The position numbers and the translations under genes were made by a program. DNA of 64,000 nucleotides from an uncultured Pirellulales bacterium (GTDB lineage: Bacteria; Planctomycetota; Phycisphaerae; Sedimentisphaerales; CAYZTY01): assembly GCA_964444665.1 (NCBI GenBank), contig CAYUIE010000008.1, forward strand, positions 17,163 to 81,162, given 5' to 3'. The first letter of the stretch is position 1; every line of letters begins with the position of its first letter. The notes under the pieces are model-generated. The model saw only the letters and a list, made by a program, of their open reading frames with translations. It was not told the origin of the DNA and searched no databases. Of this stretch, positions 1 through 9,595 are shown one piece after another.

Positions 1-638
1 TTGAGTATCAATTAGACAGAATCAACCAGATACAGATAACTCCGGAGGTCGGTGAAACATTCGCAGGAGTATTGCGTTCGATACTCAGACAGGACCCGGA
101 CATAATAATGTTAGGCGAAATAAGAGATATAGAGACCGCCGAGATTGCGGTGCAAGCTGCTCTGACCGGCCATCTCGTCTTAAGTACGCTGCATACAAAC
201 GACGCACCAACGGCCGTCACCAGATTAAGAGAGCTCGGGATTCCTTCATTTCTCATCACTTCGTGCGTTGTGATGGCGGGAGCACAAAGATTAGTTAGAA
301 AGATCTGCCCGGACTGCAAAGAATCCTATCAACCCGACGAAGAAACGCTGAAATTACTGGGGATTGATAAGCCCTTAGCAAAAGGATTTATTCACGGTAA
401 AGGCTGCAACTATTGTTACGGGACGGGCTATCGCGGCAGAGAAGGCGTTTACGAGATTCTCAAAATAGACAACGATATTCAAAATGCAATACTGGCGGAA
501 AAAAGCTCGCTGGAAATAAAAAGGATAGCTGCAGAAAAAGGAATGAAAACGCTGCTGGATTCTGCATTGTTGAAGATATCACAAGGTACAACTACTGTTG
601 AGGAAGTAAGACGAGTAATAGCTCCGGAGAGATTCTAA
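1..638 (+). CDS. gspE: GspE/PilB-family secretion ATPase, C-terminal part (5' end outside window)
   Basis: Frame is open from the window edge to TAA at 636-638. Motifs: [27 protein letters not shown] (His box), tetracysteine CPDC...CNYC. Stop overlaps the next start (TAATG). Confidence 0.9.
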   Translation, partial: EYQLDRINQIQITPEVGETFAGVLRSILRQDPDIIMLGEIRDIETAEIAVQAALTGHLVLSTLHTNDAPTAVTRLRELGIPSFLITSCVVMAGAQRLVRKICPDCKESYQPDEETLKLLGIDKPLAKGFIHGKGCNYCYGTGYRGREGVYEILKIDNDIQNAILAEKSSLEIKRIAAEKGMKTLLDSALLKISQGTTTVEEVRRVIAPERF

Positions 639-1843
639 TGAGCCAATTTCAATATACAGCTCATGCAGTTGATGACGGCAAGGTGTTTAAGAGTACCTGT
701 GATGCTGAAAATGAGGGCGTATTACGCTCGGACCTTAAGAGAATGGGCTATACAGTCGATGAAGTCAGGCTGCAAAAAAACAAACAAATCTTCGGACAGC
801 GCAAGAGAGTAAAGTTAATAGACCTTGTAAATATGTGTCGAAGGTTCTCTGTAATGTATGCAGCGGGTCTGCCTTTGATGGACTGCTTAGTTTCGCTGTC
901 GCAGGAAAATGAAAGCAAAAAACTCTCGGATTCTCTGGACGATATACGTAGGCAAATCGAGCATGGCAGCAATGTTGCAGAGGCTTTTTCCACACACCCA
1001 AAAATGTTCTCTCCATTTTTTGTCAACCTGTTACAGGCCGGAGAGGCTGCAGGCAAGTTTGACTATGTGCTCAAGCAATTGGCAGTATATATGGAAAAAG
1101 AATACGACCTGAGAAGAAAAATACGACAAGCTTTCGCTTATCCAATGATAGTTTTAATTATGATTCTCTTTGTTATTATAATGATAATGATAGTTGTTGT
1201 GCCGGCATTTTCCAAAGTTTATTTAAAAATAGGCATAACGCTGCCGGGACCAACAATTGCACTTATCTACATCAGCAATAATATAATTTACATTTTCCCA
1301 TCAACAATCGCTTTAGCTGTCGGGCTGTGGTTTCTGTACAAAAGGCTTAAGACAATACCTTCAATTAAAACCAGGCTGGATAGATGGAAATTATCAATGG
1401 CAATGGTAGGGAAAGCCTACCACAAAATTGTAATGCTTAAGTTTATTCGCACGTTCAGCATTACGATTGCAGCCGGTCAGCAGGTATCCGATGCCTTGGT
1501 AATCGCAAGAGACGTTGCAAATAATGCTGTTGTCTCGGAAGCTTCCGTTATGATTCAACGTAATATAAAACGTGGTGGCACAATTACCGATGCAATTAAA
1601 CTGCATGACTTTTTCCCACAATCTATCGTACATACGTTTTCAATAGGAGAAAAGGCCGGCAAGCTGGATGAAGTATTAGGCAAATTTGCTATCGGAATTG
1701 AACAGGATGTTGATGACGAAATAAGAAAACTTATTACAAAAATAGAACCGTTACTAATGGTAGTATTGAGCCTTGTTGTAGGCTTTGTTTTGTTAGCTAT
1801 TTATTTACCAATTTTCGATTTAGTCAAAATGGTTCACAAATAA
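638..1843 (+). CDS. gspF: Type II secretion / type IV pilus platform protein (GspF/PilC family)
   Basis: 401 aa with duplicated T2SF-like halves and hydrophobic segments (AYPMIVLIMILFVIIMIMIVVVPAF; EPLLMVVLSLVVGFVLLAIYLPIF). Translationally coupled to gspE. Confidence 0.9.
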   Translation: MSQFQYTAHAVDDGKVFKSTCDAENEGVLRSDLKRMGYTVDEVRLQKNKQIFGQRKRVKLIDLVNMCRRFSVMYAAGLPLMDCLVSLSQENESKKLSDSLDDIRRQIEHGSNVAEAFSTHPKMFSPFFVNLLQAGEAAGKFDYVLKQLAVYMEKEYDLRRKIRQAFAYPMIVLIMILFVIIMIMIVVVPAFSKVYLKIGITLPGPTIALIYISNNIIYIFPSTIALAVGLWFLYKRLKTIPSIKTRLDRWKLSMAMVGKAYHKIVMLKFIRTFSITIAAGQQVSDALVIARDVANNAVVSEASVMIQRNIKRGGTITDAIKLHDFFPQSIVHTFSIGEKAGKLDEVLGKFAIGIEQDVDDEIRKLITKIEPLLMVVLSLVVGFVLLAIYLPIFDLVKMVHK

Positions 1844-1924
1844 CTTGGACTTATGTGTCCGGCAGGTAGCCTGCTCTGCCGGATTGCATGATTGAACAGG
1901 CAGGTACTTTGAAAGGGGTAAAAG

Positions 1925-2266
1925 ATGACGGCTAAAAAAGGTTTTACTTTAATTGAGCTGCTCCTGGTGGTTGCTATCCTGGCAGTTCTGGCGGCAATTG
2001 TAGTCCCAAGACTGGCTGCCTCCTCCAGCGAAGCGAAAAAGTCCGCGTGCACCGCCGCCTGGGCTAATTTGGTAAGAGCCCTCGAACTTTATGCGGTAGA
2101 CAACGATGGAGAATACCCAACGAACCAAACGACGTTTGATTCTCTTATTCTCAACAGCAGTACGTACTTTCCGCATGGTACGCCGAGCTGCCCGGTCGAC
2201 GGTAGCGCGTATGTGTATGTTAATACCGCAGGTGCAGAGACAGTAACTCCGCATAGTCACCCATAG
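1925..2266 (+). CDS. gspG: Major pseudopilin, GspG-like (prepilin-type N-terminal methylation motif)
   Basis: KKGFTLIELLLVVAILAVLAAIVVP prepilin signal, plus ALELYAVDNDGEYPT, which resembles the GspG core motif. 113 aa. Confidence 0.8.
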   Translation: MTAKKGFTLIELLLVVAILAVLAAIVVPRLAASSSEAKKSACTAAWANLVRALELYAVDNDGEYPTNQTTFDSLILNSSTYFPHGTPSCPVDGSAYVYVNTAGAETVTPHSHP

Positions 2267-2299
2267 TATAGTTAGTTAAAGCAGAAAAGTGGCAAAAAA

Positions 2300-2761
2300 A
2301 TGAAGCGAGGACCTGACTCTATCAAGACAGGTTTTACGCTGATAGAACTTGTCCTGGTTGTGGCGTTGATAGCTATACTTGTAAGTATAGCTATCCCACG
2401 TGTTGGTTGGGGGACAATGGGGAAGGTTCAGGTTGAGAGCACTGCTCAGCAGTTTTCCGGCTACCTGAAGCTTGCCCGGTCGCTCGCCATAACGCACGCC
2501 AGCAGCAACGGCGAGGGCTATGAAGTTGTTCTGACATCGTCACAACCATATAACTACTCGCTCATTAACTCCGATACCCTGGAGGTGATAAAAGGCCCGA
2601 TAGCATTGCCTGAAGGCCTCAGCTATAGCGGAGATAGCACATATGAATTCACACCATTAGGAAATCTGTCAGGTAGTCAAGTATTATCAGTACAATTTTC
2701 AAAGTCGGGCTATACCTCGGGTATTACGGTCACGCCGGTCGGAAGGATAACGATTCAATGA
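2300..2761 (+). CDS. Minor pseudopilin (GspH-like by position)
   Basis: KTGFTLIELVLVVALIAILVSIAIP prepilin motif. 153 aa. Second pilin gene in the operon. Confidence 0.65.
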   Translation: MKRGPDSIKTGFTLIELVLVVALIAILVSIAIPRVGWGTMGKVQVESTAQQFSGYLKLARSLAITHASSNGEGYEVVLTSSQPYNYSLINSDTLEVIKGPIALPEGLSYSGDSTYEFTPLGNLSGSQVLSVQFSKSGYTSGITVTPVGRITIQ

Positions 2762-2762
2762 A

Positions 2763-3152
2763 ATGAAAAGACGAAAGAAAAAAGGTTTTACTTTTATCGA
2801 GGTTCTGGCATCAGTGCTGATATTGGCCGGGGCCACTGTTCCTATCATAACCTATGCTGCCGACAGTCTGTCTACGAGCGTAGAGATAGAGCGTAGGATA
2901 AAGTCAACTCTGCTGGCAGAAGGCGAGATGGAAAAGATAAAAAACGTGCTGAGAAAATCGTTCGGTACGGACTTTACCGCCTGGCCAAGCAGTCTTGGAA
3001 ACAATTACTATGCCATCAGAACATCGACAGACGTAGAACCAACGCTGAAGATTATCGAAGTTTCTGTTGGCTACGACGTCAATAGGAACGGTTCGCTTGG
3101 AACAGACGAAATTATGATTACTTTGAAAACACAATATGCCCAAAGAAGCTGA
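2763..3152 (+). CDS. Minor pseudopilin (GspI-like by position)
   Basis: KKGFTFIEVLASVLILAG prepilin-like N-terminus. 129 aa. Third pilin gene. Confidence 0.55.
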   Translation: MKRRKKKGFTFIEVLASVLILAGATVPIITYAADSLSTSVEIERRIKSTLLAEGEMEKIKNVLRKSFGTDFTAWPSSLGNNYYAIRTSTDVEPTLKIIEVSVGYDVNRNGSLGTDEIMITLKTQYAQRS

Positions 3153-5394
3153 TAGACACGTTAAAAACTACAGAGCCTTCACATTAGTTGAGGTGATACT
3201 GGTGGTCGGCACGATAGCCCTGGTTGCAGGTACGTTGGTCGGACTGGTTATCAACAGCTATGAAGACTTCAAGCTGGGCAGCAGTCGTTCAACTTTACTA
3301 CAGGACGGCCAGTCAGCTATAGGGCAGATGGTTCGCATTCTTCGTCAGGTCATTGCCTTTAGCTCCGTAAGCGAGTCAACCGACCAGGCCGGCTACATTA
3401 CATTTACAAACATTGATGGAACCGTCGAAGAGTTCAGACTCAACACAGGAACCAGCGAACTCGAATATGGCGAGCCGGGCTCCCTAAGTGCCTTAACCGG
3501 CTCGGTAAGCAGCCTTTTTTTAACATGCTACGATATAGACGGAAATGTCCTGACAGGACCCGTCTCGGCCGGCAACGTTCAGTCGGTACAAATTGAGATG
3601 ACGCTTAACGACGGCGATAACAGCTTCACCCTCTTTGGCAGAGTCTGTTGTCCGACGGATCTTTCGAGCCTTATAGCCTGGTGGAAGCTGGATGAAACTT
3701 CCGGATTAACCGCAGCAGACAGTAGTGGCAACGACAACCACGGTACTTTACGAAATATGGCAGGTGATGAATGGACAAGCGGGGCAATGGGCGGTGCGCT
3801 GAATTTTGATGGCAACAACGACTACGTGGCCATTCAAAATCTATACTACGATGGTAGCGATTACCCGGAAATCAGCGTTACCGCCTGGATCCGCACCAGC
3901 GACGGTACCAACCAAATAATCGTTTCCTACGACCGCAATGAATACTGGCGGCTGGAGATCAACGGAAATGGTGGCGGCACAGGTCAGGTAGGCTGGGATG
4001 TACGTACCAGTAGCGGCCAGGTGGATTACGGCAGCACCACCCGTGTCGATGATGGCGCTTGGCATCATGTGGCAGGTGTATTTGATAACGGCACACTGAC
4101 CATCTACATCGATGGTAATCCGGAATCCCCGGATTCCGGGGGCAGCACCTTCGGAAGAGGAGTAAACACGCGATACGGTTTTCTGGGAGTAGGTTCGGAA
4201 GCAACTACTTTTGACGGCAATAAAGGTCCAACCAGTTACTTTGACGGCGATATGGACGATGTGCGCATCTATAACCGCGCACTGAGCGTACAAGAGATAT
4301 CACAGTTGGCCAATATCCTTAGATACCGGGAGTTTACCGAGGCCAAGACCGGTTCCAACGTTACCTCTATTACCATTTCAACGCCTACCACAAATGAGGG
4401 TGACTTACTTATCGCCGCTGTTGCCACCGATGGCGATACTTCCTCCTCGCTGGCCCCACCTGGTGGTGAAGGCTGGACTGAAATAGACGCAGGCGATTAT
4501 AACAATGAGGTTACGCTGGGTGCCTGGTGGAAACTCGCAGATGCCTCTGAGTCAGCCAGCCATCAGTTTACCTGGTCGGGCGGTCAACATGCATACGGCT
4601 GGATAATGCGGTTTACAGGCCATGATCCAAGCGACCCTATTAACGACTACTCGACCAGCGGAGAACCAAGCAGCACGCCAACCAGCCCGGCGGTAACCAC
4701 TACGGTCAGCAACTGTATGATTCTCCGACTGGGTGCGTTTGATGACGATGATATTACTGAAGATGACCCCGGACTTCCCGGTCATACGGCAATCACGATG
4801 GACAAAACCACCGCTGCGATGTTTCAGGACGGATTCGAGACAAGTTTCGACCTGTGGACCGACGGCGGAACCACAGACTGGGACAGGACATTCAGCCAGC
4901 AACACTTAGGCAGCTATTCAGCACATGCCGGCTGGTGGAATACTCAATTGACGTCCGACAATATTGACACAAGTTCTTACAGCTCTTTCACAATCGATTT
5001 CTGGTATATGGATGACGACATCGATAACAATGACGATGTTTTTCTCCAGCTTTATGATGGTGGTTCATACAACGACAGATTTGAGCTTAACATGGCACCG
5101 TCTGAGGAGGATATATGGCACAACCATAACGAAACTGTTAACGATAGCGGCGGTGATGCGCAGTACTTCAGGAACAACTTCCGCATCAGATTCGAGGCCA
5201 CCGACATCAATAACTGGCGTGAAAATCTATGGATAGACGACGTAACAGTGACCGTTGTCGGTGGTGGTACGGTCTCCGGCGGAGCCGGATACGTCAGGCA
5301 GTCCGCCATTGGTGACAGTGGCACATCTACCTTCACGCTTGGCTCATCGAACGAGGCGCGGACACTTACGATAGCAATAGCGCCGGCACCTTAA
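3136..5394 (+). CDS. Giant pseudopilin: prepilin-like N-terminus (GspJ-like by position) + LamG/concanavalin-A-like lectin domain + further beta-rich modules
   Basis: N-terminus YRAFTLVEVILVVGTIALVAG. LamG_3-type motifs at aa ~176-392 (LIAWWKLDETSG...GNDNHGTL...ALNFDGNNDYV...WHHVAGVFDNGTLTIYIDG...YFDGDMDDVRIYNRALS). C-terminal jelly-roll-like segment FQDGFETSFDLWTDGG...WIDDVTV. Confidence 0.75.
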   Translation: MPKEADRHVKNYRAFTLVEVILVVGTIALVAGTLVGLVINSYEDFKLGSSRSTLLQDGQSAIGQMVRILRQVIAFSSVSESTDQAGYITFTNIDGTVEEFRLNTGTSELEYGEPGSLSALTGSVSSLFLTCYDIDGNVLTGPVSAGNVQSVQIEMTLNDGDNSFTLFGRVCCPTDLSSLIAWWKLDETSGLTAADSSGNDNHGTLRNMAGDEWTSGAMGGALNFDGNNDYVAIQNLYYDGSDYPEISVTAWIRTSDGTNQIIVSYDRNEYWRLEINGNGGGTGQVGWDVRTSSGQVDYGSTTRVDDGAWHHVAGVFDNGTLTIYIDGNPESPDSGGSTFGRGVNTRYGFLGVGSEATTFDGNKGPTSYFDGDMDDVRIYNRALSVQEISQLANILRYREFTEAKTGSNVTSITISTPTTNEGDLLIAAVATDGDTSSSLAPPGGEGWTEIDAGDYNNEVTLGAWWKLADASESASHQFTWSGGQHAYGWIMRFTGHDPSDPINDYSTSGEPSSTPTSPAVTTTVSNCMILRLGAFDDDDITEDDPGLPGHTAITMDKTTAAMFQDGFETSFDLWTDGGTTDWDRTFSQQHLGSYSAHAGWWNTQLTSDNIDTSSYSSFTIDFWYMDDDIDNNDDVFLQLYDGGSYNDRFELNMAPSEEDIWHNHNETVNDSGGDAQYFRNNFRIRFEATDINNWRENLWIDDVTVTVVGGGTVSGGAGYVRQSAIGDSGTSTFTLGSSNEARTLTIAIAPAP

Positions 5395-5864
5395 ACATCT
5401 TAGAGAAGATAACGCCACCATATAAGCAGTCATATCGATTGAAATAAATTCAAAAATACTAAAATCGCAAATTCAAAACAATCTCAAATGACCAAAATTC
5501 AAACCTCCAAAACAGTCAAACTTATAGGACGCGTGCAAAAAAGTTTCTTTCCGTGGTAGTATGTTTTATTAACTCCGATAAAAGCTAAGTTTTCCTCGGT
5601 CGGCACTGAATTTGTCTTTCGGCTTTGCGGTATATGAATAAGACCCGAAGGATTCGACTTTTTCCGTAACAAGTTCCTTATTTCTGACGATACGATTAGT
5701 GTCTCGGAGTGTCTCTGAAACTGTATCAGTAGAGGATGAACAGTCCGATTAAATCCCGGGATATTGGATGTATATAAGTTTAACTGAAAAAAACCGGCTT
5801 AGCTATGTTAATAAGTGTCTCCTCAGCATCGGTGCTATTGGCCTTAAGTACAGGCCTTTCCTGA

Positions 5865-6296
5865 ATGAATAAAGAAATTAAAAAAACAAAGAAAAACAAG
5901 GATGGTTTTGTTCTTGTATTAACGGCTTTTGCCACAATGATGATGGCAACACTTATTATAGCCTTTTTAAATATGACTTACATAGATTTGCTTCTGGTCA
6001 AAAACCATATGTGCAGCACAAAAGCCTATTACATTGCGGAGGCCGGAGTTGCTGATGCGATAAACGAGATGCGACTTAACGGCCCGCTATCAGATACGCA
6101 ATGGGAAGAGTTTTTCCCTTCAGGTTCGTCGGACAAATATACAGTCGCTGTATCACAAAGCTCGACTATTATAAATTCGACCGGCCTTGAAGCCAATGCT
6201 AATTTCAGCAGAATACTGGAAGTAACGGTAAGTTTGAGCGGAAGCTCCTCGCCTTACAATGTATCGATTAATCAATGGAAGGAAATAACCCAGTGA
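5865..6296 (+). CDS. PilX/GspK-like minor pseudopilin
   Basis: Basic N-terminus then hydrophobic helix DGFVLVLTAFATMMMATLIIAF, followed by YYIAEAGVADAINE (PilX_N-like). 143 aa. Position matches GspK. Confidence 0.5.
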   Translation: MNKEIKKTKKNKDGFVLVLTAFATMMMATLIIAFLNMTYIDLLLVKNHMCSTKAYYIAEAGVADAINEMRLNGPLSDTQWEEFFPSGSSDKYTVAVSQSSTIINSTGLEANANFSRILEVTVSLSGSSSPYNVSINQWKEITQ

Positions 6297-7801
6297 ATCC
6301 TGATAAAGCTATCCTGGGGATACATATTGACGGCGATTGCTTAAATATCGTTCATCTGGGGCACACCGCCGGAGGTGTGGAGTTACTAAACTGGATGAGC
6401 GAGCCTTTACAGGACGGCATTGTAAACGACGGTTTGATTATCGATGTACAAGCCGTATCGCAAAAAATCCGAGACTTTGTCCAAATCAACCAAATAAAAA
6501 CTCGTAAAACAATTATATCGCTGCCGTGTTCGCCTGTGAGATTAAAGCCCTGTGAATTTCCTACGCAAACATACAAAAAACTACAGGAACAGGTCGAAGA
6601 GCAAATCGGAAAGTATTCTTTGTTTGGCGGCCGGGAGGTTATATTCGATTATTGCATATTCGAGGGAAAAATCCGGTCTTCCAATAAGCAGACGGTGCTG
6701 CAGGCAATTACATCCAGAGAAATAAGCGATGCTTATCTGACAATTGCCAACAGTGCCGGCCTTAAATTAGTGGGAATCGAGCCTGCGGTGTTAGCAATTA
6801 TAAAATTGTCTTTTAACAAAAAAGCTGCAGATTCTCAGGCTGTTTCTTTGCTGTTGGTTCTGGACTCGGTCTCGGCTAACCTAAGCGTGTTCAATAAAGG
6901 CCTGCCCCAGTTTTGTCAAAATTTGAACATAAGCATAAAAGATTTATCACAGGACAAAAACAGCTTTTCCAATCTAACCGAACAGATGAAATCCGTCCTG
7001 AACTTTGCGCGCTCGCTTGACGAGACACAGCAACCAACATTTATAGTCGCAGCCGCCTGCAACGGCGAAATGGTGGACAAAATTGTCAGCCAAATAAAAA
7101 ATAGTTTAAGCGACGTGACCTTTAAGTTAACAGACCAATGCCATATCACACAACAATTCAGCATTCAAGGCACGGACGAGCAGGAAGTCCCTTTATTTGC
7201 ATTTGCTTCGGCTTTAACGGCTTTAGGTGTTTGTGAATATGATGGACAGCTAAATCTCGTATCACAGCAGTCAATCAACATTTATAAAACAAAGAAAGAG
7301 ATATCCTTCACTGCGAAAATCATTATAGCGCTGTTTCTGCTGTCTATTGTTATCCTGGTCCCGCTGAAGAGTAAAATTAAAAGCGCTGAAGCCGAATTAA
7401 TCGAGATGGCTAAAAAATTTACTGAAACAATTCCGACGAGGGATAAAATCTCTAACTCAAAAAAACAGATGGGGCAAGTGAACATCAAATTGTCGGCTTA
7501 TATTGCAGCCGACAAGAAACTAACAAATCTCCCGTGGCCGAAAGTCCTGTCGGTCATAGGTGACAAAGTGCCAAGCGGAGTAAGGATAGCTGAAATTTCA
7601 ACTACTGATACCGGTGATTTTATGCTGTTCGGAAAAGCACTGGCTGAGAATTATGTTCATAAGTTTGTGAAAAAACTGCAAAACGAAGAGCTTGTTGAAT
7701 ACGCAGAAGTGGAAGAAATCGAATATGACGAAAACCGCGGCTCAGTTATTGTTGATTATAAAATTACCTGCCATATCAAATTACCTGAAGGCAATTTATG
7801 A
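6275..7801 (+). CDS. PilM-like (actin-fold) assembly protein fused to a PilN-like TM/periplasmic domain (GspL analogue)
   Basis: N-terminus ILGIHIDGDCLNIVHL (PilM-type start), a single TM (AKIIIALFLLSIVILVPL) at about aa 345, and a C-terminal PilN-like segment (VPSGVRIAEISTTDTGDFMLFGKA). Confidence 0.65.
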   Translation: MEGNNPVNPDKAILGIHIDGDCLNIVHLGHTAGGVELLNWMSEPLQDGIVNDGLIIDVQAVSQKIRDFVQINQIKTRKTIISLPCSPVRLKPCEFPTQTYKKLQEQVEEQIGKYSLFGGREVIFDYCIFEGKIRSSNKQTVLQAITSREISDAYLTIANSAGLKLVGIEPAVLAIIKLSFNKKAADSQAVSLLLVLDSVSANLSVFNKGLPQFCQNLNISIKDLSQDKNSFSNLTEQMKSVLNFARSLDETQQPTFIVAAACNGEMVDKIVSQIKNSLSDVTFKLTDQCHITQQFSIQGTDEQEVPLFAFASALTALGVCEYDGQLNLVSQQSINIYKTKKEISFTAKIIIALFLLSIVILVPLKSKIKSAEAELIEMAKKFTETIPTRDKISNSKKQMGQVNIKLSAYIAADKKLTNLPWPKVLSVIGDKVPSGVRIAEISTTDTGDFMLFGKALAENYVHKFVKKLQNEELVEYAEVEEIEYDENRGSVIVDYKITCHIKLPEGNL

Positions 7802-8409
7802 TTACAGAGAAGTTAACAAAACTCGATGACTCCAAGAGGAAGACAATTGCCGTTTTAGTGCTGCTGGCCGTGGCAGGCACTTGTTACTTTACAATAACAA
7901 GAGGCTCTATCGTGAAATTGCAGGCAGCTAAAGCAAATTATACCGGTCTCCATGCAGTGTACACCGAGACCGAGTATCAACAATCTAATTTTTCAAATTT
8001 ACAAAATAAACTCGAAGAAAAACAAAAACAGCTCGAAAAACACCAGCAGCTCAGCTTTAGCAACGAACAGGCCTCGCAGCTTTTCGAAAATATAAACTCT
8101 ATGGCATCGGCACATAAATTAAGACCAATATCCAAAACAGTTTCCGAACCCATAGAACTCAGTGATAAAAAAACCATACCTGAACAGCCCGAGACAGAAC
8201 ATCAATTTTTGAAAACACAATCGGCAACAATAGCTGTTTGCGGCGATTATTTCAATATGGTTGATTTCGTGAACGAACTTGCCAACCGTACGCAAAAAAT
8301 TTATATGACGAATTTTCATATAGATATAGCACGGGGAGAAAATTTTTACCCGAAAGCATCATTCGAAATAACCTTATTAATAGATTCGTCTAAAGGATAC
8401 GAAAAATGA
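7798..8409 (+). CDS. PilO/GspM-like assembly protein
   Basis: N-terminal TM (IAVLVLLAVAGTCYF), coiled-coil segment, and C-terminus ATIAVCGDYFNMVDFVNELANRTQKIYMTNFHI typical of PilO/GspM. ATGA overlap with the upstream gene. Confidence 0.55.
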   Translation: MITEKLTKLDDSKRKTIAVLVLLAVAGTCYFTITRGSIVKLQAAKANYTGLHAVYTETEYQQSNFSNLQNKLEEKQKQLEKHQQLSFSNEQASQLFENINSMASAHKLRPISKTVSEPIELSDKKTIPEQPETEHQFLKTQSATIAVCGDYFNMVDFVNELANRTQKIYMTNFHIDIARGENFYPKASFEITLLIDSSKGYEK

Positions 8410-9578
8410 TACGAGTGCATATGATAATGGTAGTGACTCTGGGAGTAATTATTGCGGCGGGAATTTGCTCAGGTCAGGAACCACCGAATAAGACGAACCC
8501 ATTCGGCCCATTAGACGAAGCGACAGCCTTTAATCCAGCTAAAACCGCCGACAATCTTCCAGCTATGTACGATATAGAAGAACCAATTAGCACCGAGATA
8601 TTCAAATTAAACTTTGCTAATGCTAAAAATTTGGAAGAGACCGTCAAAAACCTCGTATCCAATGACGGAAGAGTAGGAATTGATGAAAGGCTTAACTGCA
8701 TTGTTGTCTGCGATACGGAATCGGACTTAGAGCAAATCAGCGAAGCGATAGAGAGGCTGGATGTTAAAGCACCTCAGGTTATGATTGAGGCCCTGATAGT
8801 CAATGTGAAACTTACAGAAGAGCTGAAAATGGGTGTCGACTGGACTAAACTGGGCACATTAAATAATTACCTTTCCCAGGAGTTTAATATCACAGGCAGT
8901 ACAAATCCATACGGCAAGGTGATAATCTCAAAGACTAAAGACGAATGGAATTTCCAAGGACTGATAGACTTTGTTGAAACCAACAAAGACGTCAGAATCC
9001 TGGCAAATCCCAAGGTGCTGGTAATGAACAATCACAGGGCAATTATCAACTCTATCGAAGAAATACCATACCGCGAACTCAGTGAAACATCCGAAGGGGG
9101 CGCTATCGGCACAGTAGCTTTTAAAGAGGCTGGTATCAAACTGGAGGTAACTCCCCAGATCACCGATGACGGCCACATTATCATGCATATTAAACCTGAA
9201 CAGAGTGCCCAGATTGGAACATTCACGATTGAAAACAGCGAGACGCCGATTATTGAAACACGAAGAACCGACACAACTTTATGCGTTAAAAACGGCCAGA
9301 CGATTATCATAAGCGGCCTTCGTAAAAGCGAACCGTCCATAGTTGAAAACAAAATACCGATTCTCGGCGATATCCCGCTTATAGGCTTGCTGTTCAGGAA
9401 AGTAGATACTGACTATATAGAAAGCGAGCTCGGAGTGTTTATAACACCGCATATTTATACCGATGGCAAACTATCTCCCGAAGAGTTGAAACTAATTGAG
9501 CAAAGCAAAGAAAAAAAATCTCTTTATGAAAACAGCGATTTATTAAGATTACAGCCGAATGATGATATAAATCGCTGA
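8406..9578 (+). CDS. Minimal secretin (GspD/PilQ family), one Secretin_N-like domain + secretin domain
   Basis: Signal peptide; N-domain IFKLNFANAKNLEETVKNL...CIVVCDTESDLEQISEAIERLD; secretin core VMIEALIVNV...GVDW, NPKVLVMNNHRAIINS, IPILGDIPLIGLLFRK. Only 390 aa. Confidence 0.85.
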   Translation: MIRVHMIMVVTLGVIIAAGICSGQEPPNKTNPFGPLDEATAFNPAKTADNLPAMYDIEEPISTEIFKLNFANAKNLEETVKNLVSNDGRVGIDERLNCIVVCDTESDLEQISEAIERLDVKAPQVMIEALIVNVKLTEELKMGVDWTKLGTLNNYLSQEFNITGSTNPYGKVIISKTKDEWNFQGLIDFVETNKDVRILANPKVLVMNNHRAIINSIEEIPYRELSETSEGGAIGTVAFKEAGIKLEVTPQITDDGHIIMHIKPEQSAQIGTFTIENSETPIIETRRTDTTLCVKNGQTIIISGLRKSEPSIVENKIPILGDIPLIGLLFRKVDTDYIESELGVFITPHIYTDGKLSPEELKLIEQSKEKKSLYENSDLLRLQPNDDINR

Positions 9579-9595
9579 TCTTTAGGAAACATATT

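Noticed and set aside
1859-1882. 7-bp hairpin CCGGCAG-N10-CTGCCGG just after the gspF stop, considered as a terminator or attenuator before gspG
   Set aside because: No U-tract follows it and the stem is short. At most it is an mRNA-stability or processing element. The evidence is insufficient to call a feature.
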